From Phallusia mammillata (Eukaryota), in contig OZ281497.1 of the NCBI GenBank assembly GCA_965637545.1, forward strand, positions 6,138,001 through 6,202,000: a stretch of DNA of 64,000 nt. The letters are read 5' to 3'. The notes beneath the pieces were generated by a model. The model was not told where the DNA came from and ran no database searches. It saw only the letters and a program-made list of their open reading frames with translations. The stretch's first letter is position 1; every line of letters starts with the position of its first letter. Of this stretch, positions 1 through 11,514 are shown in pieces. A program made the translations under genes and the position numbers.

Positions 1-1208
1 TAATGGGTTCAGCGAACTTTTTGACATAAATTACAGTGCGATTTTAAAAGTAACGTTGGTAAACAATGTTGAAGTCTTGTTAGTTCGGCGTTTTCTAACA
101 CTCTTGCGTTATTTTTCTGTATATTTCCTCATTGACGAGTCTTTAATATCATCTCTATTAGATACTTGGTTTTGTTGAAAGTTTGCAGACAGTTTAAAGT
201 TTAAACAATTCTATCAGATAAGACAGCAATGGTTCCCAACCGGCATTCCTGGTGGTACGCGAACACCTTTCAGTATATTATTAATTTCGTATTTTTGCAC
301 ACCAATTCCTTATTCTGACATTCCAATCAAAAATTATCCCCGTTTATATAAAAGTCTTGTATAACTTACGTGCGGCATATCTACGATATGGCCTTTCTGA
401 CATTGCCATGGATATGCCATATTTGTTTTGTCTGGTAAAAGTCTGGTGAAGGGAATATAATCCTGAGGTAGATATACCACGTCTAATACATGGGTAATCA
501 TGTTTGACTGATAATTTATTCTTATAACGGCAAGGAGCATTTTGAATGGACTTTGCATATTCTTTATTTTAATTTAACAGGATTAAAACAATTTTGCAGT
601 GTTTAACGATAAAATAGTCCAATCGCAAATTTGGATTTGACAAAATTTGATAAAAAATAATTTTGTTTGAATTGTTCCGAGGTTTGATATAAATTATTGC
701 AGGATAAATTCGTTGTATTTTGTTTTGCATTTTTTGTGATGTAGCATTGTGTGAGTTTTGCATAGCTGTGGATTTGAATTCTAATGTGCCGGATTTAGCA
801 TATTGCGCAATTGTTTGTCGTCGCACCTCGTACGTTGCGCTCACGTGACTCTGTGATTGCTGTTCTTTGTATCTGAAGTAATCGCTTTCAGGCTCAATAT
901 TTTGTTTCAAATCACAACGAAAACGAGTTTGAATTGTTTTACTGGAACTGTTGAAAATCTCAGATTTTAACATTTATTTTGTTGTACACTAGTATGCAAA
1001 AGTATAACTTTTTTACAAACCCAATTAATGCTAACTGTGGGGATACAAACAAATTCTAATTGGTGCATTGATTACCATGTATTGCTCATTTCCAACATCC
1101 CAAAAAAGTGCTTGGTTTACTACATAGAGATGACTTGGTAACTATAAGCTTAGTATTGTTTCATATGACATAATGATTTTTGGTGTTTTGCAGGCAAGTG
1201 GTTCAACT

Positions 1209-2832
1209 ATGAAGAAATTTGTATGTTTGAAATTTAGTAACGGCTCAACAGACATAGTGCCACGCAGATGGATGGTTGGGTATTCTCAGTGTAAATGGCC
1301 GCCTGACTCAAATGCAGATATTAAAGCTTTAGCCAAAATTGAAGTTGAACCTGAGGAGAACTGGAAAGAACACAGTTGTGTGATTCTTTGTGAATCTAGT
1401 ATGTAGTAATATGGTATTTACAAAGCACCCTTACCCTTATTTAAATGAAAAATGTATCTTACTTTTTAAGATAGCTATCAAAAATGTGAGGAAAAGAGTT
1501 ATACTACTGCAATCTTAAGTGAGACATCAGCAGATGAGGATTTTACCCCTCCTCTTGTGAGAACAGACAGTCGAAGTATTTACAAACAAGCAGCAGCTCA
1601 AAATGATAATTGCATCAGAAAGCATAAAAGGTTTTTGGACATTAAAGGCTTTACATAGTTTGCTGCAGTTAAAACTGTTTTCTTTGTGTTATCAGGAAAA
1701 GCCCTCAAAAAGTTTTTCTCCAATCCAAGCATAAAAAATATCAAAGTGATGATTTAGTGCAGGGGTGTGCAACCTTTTTCACCGTGGGGCCAAATACAAT
1801 TACCATGATCAGATCGCGGGCCGCACCCCCAGCTGAATTTAATAAAATATATGATAATTGGACTCGTTTGCCAGTAAATTAGAAAATTCCAGCGTCTCCG
1901 CGGGCCGCACGAACTTTATCAACGGGCCGCATTTGGCCCGCGGGCCGCAGGTTGCACACCCCTGATTTAGTGTATGAGATCCGAAGTGGCTATGCTTTCA
2001 TAGGAAAACAACTTCATGTTTTAAATGAAAAACTTGATCGACTTTGGTATTGGAATGTTACAATGAGCAGTAACTCTAGCACTTCAACTAAACTTTGGAA
2101 AATGGAACCTGCCTGTACAGAGGAAGAGCTGGAGGAAAATTTAAAGCAATCTCTGGTACAGTCGTACTGTATTAAGTTAATTGTCATGCAGACTATAGAA
2201 AATGATTAACCTTTTTATAAACAGAATCCAAAGTCGTTGGCACAGCAAGTGGAGGTGAAGTGTCTTAGAGCAACCTTTCGCAACTTTTTGAAAGTATTCA
2301 TGGCCAAAAACCTAGCTATGCAATTTTCTAGGTCTGGAATGGCAAGAAGCCGTCAACAAGTGAAACGAGCATTTAAAAACCACCACCTCAACACAATTTT
2401 TCAAGGTAAATTTGTCTGATCGAGGAGTTTCTTGTTCTAAATACTTTTAAAATGTAATTGCATTGTTATTGAGTTCCAAGGTAGTTTTATCATTTGCAGT
2501 TGAAAGTGTTGATTGGTGTTTTTAAGTAGTACAAGATATACTGAGTATTAACAAGTTTTCAGATATTTTAGTAATTACTTAATGTATAAATCTATTTGAA
2601 ATGGTATGTCAATTTCCAGGTTTTGTTTGAACCATTTTTAGTGTAAAAATTTCAATATATTGTGCTTTTAATGCAATAAATGTTGCTCTTTTAATTGCTT
2701 TTATGATGTATCTTTGAAAAACATTACTTTTTAGATGTTCTACACAACACTTGTTGCCATCAAGGTGCCAACAGAGAGGAAATAGCCAACGCAATAAAAC
2801 GAGTGTTCAACAGAGTGGCTGTTTTTTTTTAA
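1209..2832 (+). pseudogene. 5-exon DUF4806-like gene (~295 aa), interrupted in exon 3 by a MITE
   Basis: GT-AG exons at about 1209-1398, 1471-1629, 1696-2155 (minus the MITE), 2225-2405 and 2735-2832 join in frame. The N-terminus (KFVCLKF...IVPRRW...CKWP...W) and C-terminus (FLKVFMAKNLAMQFSRSG...KRAFK...EIANAIKRVF) resemble DUF4806-type proteins. Family call is from motif recall only. Confidence 0.55.
1760..1964. mobile_element. hAT (Buster-type) MITE, 205 bp
   Basis: TIR CAGGGGTGTGCAAC / GTTGCACACCCCTG; exact 8-bp TSD ATTTAGTG at 1752-1759 and 1965-1972 (nnnTAnnn); subterminal GGCCCGCGGGCC motifs. Confidence 0.92.
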
Positions 2833-3620
2833 TTTTTGCTCGGGATAAAACTTTTTTACTAAAAACGCTGGGTTGCGTATCACTTGTTTAGCTGGTGCAA
2901 AATTAGAACGCTAGTAATTTTTAGAAAAAAATGTTTTATCTTAAACTGTTTCATTAATTTGCTGTAACTAAGTTTTATCGCAAACTTACCGCCTGGGTGA
3001 TATTTCCACCGTGCCGGGCGACATTAACTTTCTACAAACATGTCATCAACGCCTGCGAGGAATAGAATGCAACAGTCAGTGCGTAATACGCACTGCGTAC
3101 AGATCAACAATCACGGCGCATGCAACTAAACCACTATATATATTACACTGTCTGTATGCTTCCATTGCAAAGTCACTATATTAATTAAGCACCAAGTCCT
3201 GAGACATAATAATGCCTTGTTAAACAACAAGGTTGAAAAGTAATTGGTGTTAGGCTTTGTCGCTATGATCTGCTCACTTTGAAGACATCTTTTTTTGCAT
3301 TTTACCAATCGTATTGTACAAATTAAACTACTTTACAAATGCGGGATGATTGTGCCTTTTAGCCAATCTATGTAATTGCAGTTTGTGGCTGTTGAAACAT
3401 GGTCAGGCTCGACACTTTTACAGCTAAGAAGGAAAATAAATAAAGTCAAATCACTACTCACCACAAACTACTGAGCTCGAAGTTCTATCCTATGTACTGG
3501 AAGGCTCTAATGTTCTCAAAACAATTCATCAAACTTATGTGTGTCGTATTTTGACAGTCAGTGATACATACACAGCTTGTAAGGCGCAAAACCATTGCAG
3601 TTGTTAGTTTACTTACCGTG

Positions 3621-3775
3621 CCAAACTCAAATGAACGCAGTTTCTTTGCAGCGAAAGAACCTGAAGCGAAATGGCGACTGACAAAAGTCTCGTTTCGAGA
3701 AAAGGCACTTCAGCAGCCAATCAAAAGCGCTGCCTTAAGCATGTGATTGTTTGGCGTCAGCTGAATGCTAGACTC
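3621..3775 (+). repeat. ~150-bp interspersed repeat with AAAATGGCG, AGCCAATCA and TGACGTCA-like motifs
   Basis: Homologous direct copy at ~25045-25170. Inverted copies at ~10111-10227, ~16507-16624, ~22957-23145 and ~31583-31730, aligned by eye. Confidence 0.65.
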
Positions 3776-5105
3776 CTTTGTTACGTTTGAGTAAATATTG
3801 TATGGATGTTTGCTGTGTAATTTATGACAAGAAGGATGCTAATCGGTTCCACAAGGAAATAGTAGAAATGTTTTATCTGAATAAGTTTTAGGTGATTTCC
3901 TGGTTTGAACCAATCTTGATTAATGTGCCTTTCAGAGTTTTGTTGATAAATGTAAACTTGCAACACATAGATGGAAGACATATCAAACGGATTAAAATAA
4001 TAGCATCGGTTAAAAAATCAGATACTATTTGATGTTTAAATTTTCTTTAACTTGTTTAAAGGTTTTAATTTAAGTGTTGAGTCACAAGCTGTGGACACAA
4101 GTTTGGATTAATGAAGTAAGGGTTATTTCATTCTGCTGTTATGCTTGCTTATTACATTCTTAACAATACTTTTGTACTTCAGTTAATTTGGATAATAGTT
4201 CCAGTAACCACGGACAAGTCCCCATAATCATCACAAAAAGTTACATATCATCCAGACGTATGGACAGATGTAACAAGGTAGGTACTTTTCACTTGAGCGC
4301 CACAAAGGGTGGTTTTAAGCCAGATGTTTCTGTTTAGTCTGGTAGGGTCACTCTCAACAGGTTGGTCGTGTGGTTGTGTAAATTTCAGGTCACTTATGTC
4401 AGTAGATTCGATAGCGTCTGAAGTTTGTAAATGCCAATTGAGATAAAGTTATTGATCCATTGTCCATCTTCAAACAAATTCAAATTAGATTCTAAGTAAT
4501 TTCCACTCTTGCAAAAATACTGTAGTATTAGATATGCATAAAATCATCTACACATTTTGAATGTTTGCACCAGCTACTATTCTTGGCTTGTGTTAACGCT
4601 CCCAATATTTTGACTTGTCTTTATGCTACCAATGCAGAAACATTCACTAATAGTCCAAAAGATACGAATTAACAATCTTGGGGTCTTACGTTTGTCCAAC
4701 TTCACAGTAATCGCGTAACCTTTTTTTGTGGAGTCTGAAAATTGTGATTGCGATTTGGTTCGACAGTTAATTAAATTTGCGCTTCAGTGAATTCAATGCC
4801 TGGCGTCACGTATTGCGCATCAGTTGCCAAACCGATTTGCCAATGTCAACAAGGTTATTGTTGAAATTTCCACCAATGTTTTTTCTATTTAGAGAACAAT
4901 GCAGCGAGATACGGGTTTCATGTTTTTCTAGCATTGAATTATCTTTGTATTGTTCGCTCAAAGCTTTTTTACACCTTGCGACATCATTGTCCAACCTCGT
5001 CATATGTATTGCACAACCAACCTCGTACACAACAGCAGAGGGTGGACTTTTTAGTCGTTCACTTTTCAGGGTTTCTGTCACAGATAAAAGGACGTTTAAC
5101 GATAA

Positions 5106-8100
5106 ATGAAAATGTACTGTCTGCTATTCGGCCTGATTTGTATCCACAGTGTTTGCGGTAAGTATGTTTGGGTTATATATGACCACAAGAATATTATTCA
5201 AATCACAGTACTTGTTTTTTGTTTACAATTCTCAAAGATATTTAGATCTTTCAATCTTTTATATTGTCCTTGACTTCGTTACACGACCACGTAGTGCTTG
5301 TTGTAAATTAAAAATACGATTTGAAAAAAAAAAGAAATTGAAATAGTTAAGACTCGAAATGAAATTGAATTAGTTAAGTCGATTTAAAAAAAAATTGAAA
5401 TAGTAATGTGTATAAACTGTGAAAGATTGCACTGTAACTTAACTTTTGTGCTTACCGCAGGTGTCACTTTTCAACAGTTGAATTGTGGACAACCGGCAAT
5501 TTCTCCACTTTCGATATCAAAAGTGAGTTTTCTTATTTTGTGAGAACTTCTAATCAAGTGAGCGTAAAAGAAATAATTTGTAAGACAATTAAGACAATTA
5601 AAATAGACTTTTATTTTGTAAAGCTTAACTTTTTAGTATGTCAGCTTCCATTTCGTTTTTTTTTAATCAAGGGTGTACGCATTATTGGCGGCAGCGAAGC
5701 AACACCTGGCTCTTGGCCTTGGCAAGTTCGTTTGATTCTAGACTTCGGGGCCGGCGGACAAATTCTTTGTGGTGGCTCTATTTTAAATGAGAACTGGATT
5801 GTGACCGCTGCGCAGTGCGTGCTGAACGAACCGTAAGTTTAATAAATGCAATTTCGGAAATAAAAGTTCGTGTGTCTGGTTTGTTAAAATAACATTGCGT
5901 CAGGCTTTATTAACTTATGTTTTAACATGTTACATCTTTTGTACCTGTTAAAAAACGTTTTGCTTTGAAATATCCATTCTGAATTTAAGTGAAAGATGTA
6001 AGTTAAATCTTCTTAGATACACAATACAAAGCGTTGAAGTGCAAATTGGTTTACACAACGTTGGAGACACAATCGGAATTCAAAATGCATCTGTAGCCAC
6101 AGTTAGATACCATTCGAACTACGACAGGTATGTTAATGAAACTTTAAAGATGCAAAATATTTTTTGCTTGATTTAATTAAATCTAATATTATGGTTTGCA
6201 AATCTGAAGCAATTTATTCATAAACGACATTGCGGTATTGGAACTCCGTTCTCCACTGTCGTTTACATCAACCGTGAGCCCAATATGTCTACCCGAAGAC
6301 ACAGTTATTGTTACAAGCACATCTACATGTTTTGCGACGGGTTGGGGCCGTACAGGTAGGTTACGTTACTTGGCTGATAAAACAAGTTGCTTCCCCCAGT
6401 TTGCAAACGCAAAAGACATCTCCCAAAAAACTGTACAAACAAAAAGGGTTTTATCAAAAATAGCGGGTTGTACAAAAAATGTAAGCCAAAAAACGTTGTT
6501 TATTTATTGACAGCCGATATTTTTACCATTACGGTTTGCATTTACAAATACTTAATGCATTTGGCACTTACTTCATACATTTGGCACTAAGTTTTTTATG
6601 ACGGGGTTCGAACCCATGACAGTTCCGGGGACGAATCCCGATTAAGGTTTTTTCTGCCTTCCAAGCCCCTCAATTTGAGCCTTTGTTTGGAATAATACTA
6701 TTTGGGGACACAACCTAGTGTTAGTAATCATGCTTATTATAATAGTAATTATTAGCGATTTACAAAACCTGTATAAATTATAACTAAAAACAAGTGTATT
6801 TGTTGCAAAGTTCCTGAAGGAAACTTCTCCAATGTTCTACAAGAAGTACAACTAAATGTCATATCTAATACTGTTTGTGGCCTTCAATACACAAACATTG
6901 ACGGTACGCACATCTGTGCAGGTGGCAGCGGCAGGTCGACTTGCAATGTAAGTTTTTCTATTATAGCTTAACTGGCACTCTAAAGGTCGGATCATTTATT
7001 AGCGTAAATAAAAAAAATGTGCCATCAACTAATATTGTTACTCCCGGCTTCATTTAGATTTGGCTGTAAATCTGTCTAATGATAACATTTATTAGATTTC
7101 TGCATGGTTATTTTGACAGGGTGACGGCGGTGGGCCTTTGGCTTGTTATATAAGTGAACGGTGGTACTTGATGGGAATTGCATCGTTTGGTAAAGAGCTC
7201 TGTAACACAGTTGGTGATACGGCAAGTGTCTTTACAAGAACATCGGAATACGTTGGATGGATTAATCAAGGTAAGCAAGGAAACAAGATTTTAAGTTGTG
7301 TGGAATTCTGACAAGTATGACTTGTGGAAACGAGTCTCGTAAAACATTTGCTTTCCTACTGTTATTACCCAGCCGTGCGCAAGTTCCTATATGAAACACT
7401 TGTTAAAAGTTTGCAATCTCAAATACTCATCCCCTCCTAATGTAGAAAGATGACAAATGTTTCTCTTTATCTTTGTTTATTACTACGAGCCACATTCCAT
7501 TTCACTGTTAGAACTCATATAAAGCACTTCTAACCCAATTTCCTGCCTATTTATCATCTCTTAAGTATGTCTACGTCTAGAAAAAAATGTTGATACGCTT
7601 TGAAAGCTACAAATATCATCATTGGTTGCTTTGCTTGTCAAACAAATTTAATGTTTTTAGCGATCGGCGATACTACAACAACGTCAACGACCAGTACCAG
7701 CAGCACCAACCGTGAGTTATTATGTTCGTTATAAATATTCTGTAAAACGCTAATCTTTGATCAAAAACCTGAACATAATGACTGGGTTATGCAGAGTAGG
7801 GCTGAAAAATGAGGATTTTTCTAATTAGTTAATCATGCGAGTTTGAGATATTGATCACCTAAACCGTTTTGTATTCCTACGGCTGTTGTTACTCTGGTTC
7901 AAAAAAGGTACAATGTCTGAGTGAAAAACTCACACATTCCTAAGACCCCAGTCCAGTGGTTCTTAACCTTTTTGTAGTCACGGACCCCTTTTATGAATTT
8001 TGTAAGTCTGCGGACCCCCAACGCCTTTTACCCTTTTTTTTTTTTTAAGTCTTTTTATGTTTCACGTTTCTTGCATTATACCCTGTCATGCTTTTGAAGC

Positions 8101-9145
8101 ATTTAAATCCACCTTCACAGTCCTTTAAAATCAATGACGTTTCTGTATTGTAGTGGCCAACGCATCGAATTGGTAATATTTCTGGTATATATAACTTCAC
8201 AGATCACTTGTCCTATAAAGTCTATTGTCAATGTGTGTTATGATGTCACAATAGGGAAGACAATCACAAAAAGTAATTGTTCCTGGCATAATTAAGGTGT
8301 AATAAACAGCGTGCACTCGTATGCAGGATTGTAAAAACGGTTGAGAATCTTATAAATATTCTTTTGTTGGTTAATGATACTTAACATTTTTCCCTCCGTG
8401 GACCCCCTAAAACCATCTCACGGACCCCTTGGGGGTCCGCGAACCCCAGGTTAAGAACCACTGCCCTAGTCATTTTATGTAGACCTAGAACAAGAACCTC
8501 TTAAAACCCCAGAATTGGGTCTCACCTTCTGCATTGGCCTTTTACGAAAATATTATGTGAGAGCTGTCGCATAAATCAGGGGTCGACAACCTTTTTTTCC
8601 TCTGCGGACCGTTTTTGAAAGTAAAATTTTATCGCGGACTCGTCCTCAAAAAACAGTATTTAGTAATAAAAACGCTTAAATTAGTCTATCATCCCATAGG
8701 CAAAATGTTTGTAGTATTTACCCTGAAAAATTGTACGGCCCGGTAACGAAATCAATCCTCGCGGACCGGCAGTTGCCGACCACTGACATAAATAATATCT
8801 TTTGACAAATTGATTTGAAAACCAATTATTTAAACTCATATTTTTTGCCATCAAATACCACACCAAACGTATTTAGCACATTGATTGTTTTGAACTATAA
8901 CCTTAAACACACAAAACCAATAAACTTGACACCAATGCCTGTGACACCCAATACTTGACGCCTTTAGAAGTAATGTACCCTTATTAAATGTGTAAATTGT
9001 ATGTGCAAGTAAGATTAGCTGATTATAATCATGTATTTTTTACGACATCACAGCTGCAACAACATCTTCGACTGGAAAACTAGCAGGCACCAAATGTCCA
9101 ATGATATTAGGCTACTTATTTGTAGCAGTAGTGTTGTTTGTTTAG
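5106..9145 (+). CDS. S1 serine protease homologue, copy 1, catalytically inactive (His57->Gln, Ser195->Gly), with signal peptide, T/S stalk and GPI-like tail
   Basis: Exons 5106-5157 ([17 protein letters not shown]), 5461-5522, 5672-5832 (R|IIGG, WPWQV, TAAQC), 6017-6127, 6210-6355 (NDIAVL, PICL, TGWG), 6811-6947, 7120-7270 (GDGGGP), 7661-7711 ([12 protein letters not shown]) and 9054-9145 ([13 protein letters not shown]). All are GT-AG and in frame. Confidence 0.88.
7954..8463. mobile_element. hAT (Buster-type) MITE, 510 bp, in intron 8 of copy 1
   Basis: TIR CAGTGGTTCTTAACC / GGTTAAGAACCACTG; TSD CCCCAGTC / CCCTAGTC. The empty site (single CCCTAGTC) is visible in copy 3 near 21307. Confidence 0.92.
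8577..8785. mobile_element. hAT MITE, 209 bp, in intron 8 of copy 1
   Basis: Ends CAGGGGTCGACAAC / GTTGCCGACCACTG; TSD GCATAAAT / ACATAAAT. The empty site (single ACATAAAT) is in copy 4 near 29857. Confidence 0.85.
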
Positions 9146-11514
9146 CTATGAGAAATTGCTTATCCATGGTGTTTCTATTTCTAAATTAGTCTTCAAACAT
9201 GTTAAGTCTTATTATTTCAAAATGGCCGGATATAAATGCGCTGTCATGTCTGCGTTGTGATTAGTTTGCAGATAATTTTGCATAAAATTTATTTATATTT
9301 TTAGCTTTATTTTCCTTGACGACTTGTAGCTACGTCGAATTTAAGTAACTCTAGTAATTTTAGCATAGTATTTGCTCGTTGCATTTAATGAATAGTTAGT
9401 TTTGATGTAGATAGTTTTTAGTGTTGATGTAAATATTCATCCATTTTTCGAGCATTGATGGTTTTACTGTTTATTGACGCGTTGTGAAGTAAAATTTAGT
9501 ATGATTATAAAACTAAATTTAGTCGCTTGTTAGTCCAGCTTTTTCTAATACTTTTGGTGTTATTTTTGCGTATTATTTTTTTATTTTATAGAAATATTTG
9601 TAACAAAATTTGTTTTGTAGAGTGTTGATGGACAAATAAAATAATTCAATTAATTAAGACTTGAAAAGGAGTTATGCTCAAGGGTTTACTCGATTTGGTA
9701 TAGTTTTTAGCAAAATATGGTATAAAAGGTGTCATAAAAGCTTAGAATTTAAAAAACGAAAGTATGAATCGGTTCTGCCTGTTTAATAATATTTCATGTT
9801 AAGTTCTCCTTTTTTGTATCCAGCATAAAGTTTATAAAGACTAAAATTTGTCAATATTTTGAAGTTATCGTATCTAAGGGTAGAGGAACCGACTTGGAAT
9901 GACCCAGGACAAAAATTCGTGAAATTGCGGTATGTGGCGCAAACAGCAAGATGTGGGGCAACATAAATTTAAAAAAAAAAAACATGTAGTAGTGTGGCAA
10001 ATAATGCTCATTGACATTGCGACAACAAATCCAACCCTATATGTTATAACTGCAAACAACCACCTTTGTATAATTTGACTAAAGTATCCAACTTGCTTTA
10101 GACGCAAAATCGAGCCATTTAAGTGACGTTAAATAATCACTTACGCTTAAGCTAAAGGCTTGGTTTGGCTGCTACAGTGTCTTGTTCCCAAAAAGCCTTC
10201 TGGCCGGAGCCATTTTGCCTTATGACGCAATTTATGACAAGAAGGATGCTAATCGGTTCCACAAGAAATAGTAGAAATGTTTTATCTGAATAAGTTTTAG
10301 GTGATTTCCTGGTTAGAACCAATCTTGATTAATGTGCCTTTCAGAGTTTTGTTGATAAATGTAAACTTGCAACACATAGATGGAAGACATATCAAACGGA
10401 TTAAAATAATAGCATCGGTTAAAAAATCAGATACTATTTGATGTTTAAATTTTCTTTAACTTGTTTAAAGGTTTTAATTTAAGTGTTGAGTCACAAGCTG
10501 TGGACACAAGTTTGGATTAATGAAGTAAGGGTTATTTCATTCTGCTGTTATGCTTGCTTATTACATTCTTAACAATACTTTTGTACTTCAGTTAATTTGG
10601 ATAATAGTTCCAGTAACCACGGACAAGTCCCCATAATCATCACAAAAAGTTACATATCATCCAGACGTATGGACAGATGTAACAAGGTAGGTACTTTTCA
10701 CTTGAGCGCCACAAAGGGTGGTTTTAAGCCAGATGTTTCTGTTTAGTCTGGTAGGGTCACTCTCAACAGGTTGGTCGTGTGGTTGTGTAAATTTCAGGTC
10801 ACTTATGTCAGTAGATTCGATAGCGTCTGAAGTTTGTAAATGCCAATTGAGATAAAGTTATTGATCCATTGTCCATCTTCAAACAAATTCAAATTAGATT
10901 CTAAGTAATTTCCACTCTTGCAAAAATACTGTAGTATTAGATATGCATAAAATCATCTACACATTTTGAATGTTTGCACCAGCTACTATTCTTGGCTTGT
11001 GTTAACGCTCCCAATATTTTGACTTGTCTTTATGCTACCAATGCAGAAACATTCACTAATAGTCCAAAAGATACGAATTAACAATCTTGGGGTCTTACGT
11101 TTGTCCAACTTTACAGTAATCGCGTAACCTTTTTTTGTGGAGTCTGAAAATTGTGATTGCGATTTGGTTCGACAGTTAATTAAATTTGCGCTTCAGTGAA
11201 TTCAATGCCTGGCGTCACGTATTGCGCATCAGTTGCCAAACCGATTTGCCAATGTCAACAAGGTTATTGTTGAAATTTCCACCAATGTTTTTTCTATTTA
11301 GAGAACAATGCAGCGAGATACGGGTTTCATGTTTTTCTAGCATTGAATTATCTTTGTATTGTTCGCTCAAAGCTTTTTTACACCTTGCGACATCATTGTC
11401 CAACCTCGTCATATGTATTGCACAACCAACCTCGTACACAACAGCAGAGGGTGGACTTTTTAGTCGTTCACTTTTCAGGGTTTCTGTCACAGATAAAAGG
11501 ACGTTTAACGATAA

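Noticed and set aside
334-973. Minus-strand ORFs as a CACTA/EnSpm transposase partner of the DUF4806-like gene
   Set aside because: Only faint motif resemblance, multiple stops and no TIR found; not supportable without a search.
4777-5346. Plus-strand ORFs 4777-5109, 4934-5161 and 5149-5346 and their repeats as genes
   Set aside because: They recur only because the unit is duplicated, overlap the real signal exon or intron 1, and are broken in copy 4.
6600-6665. GGGGTTCGAACCC as a tRNA gene
   Set aside because: Only a B-box-like stretch with no cloverleaf; at most a SINE fragment in intron 5 of copies 1 and 2.
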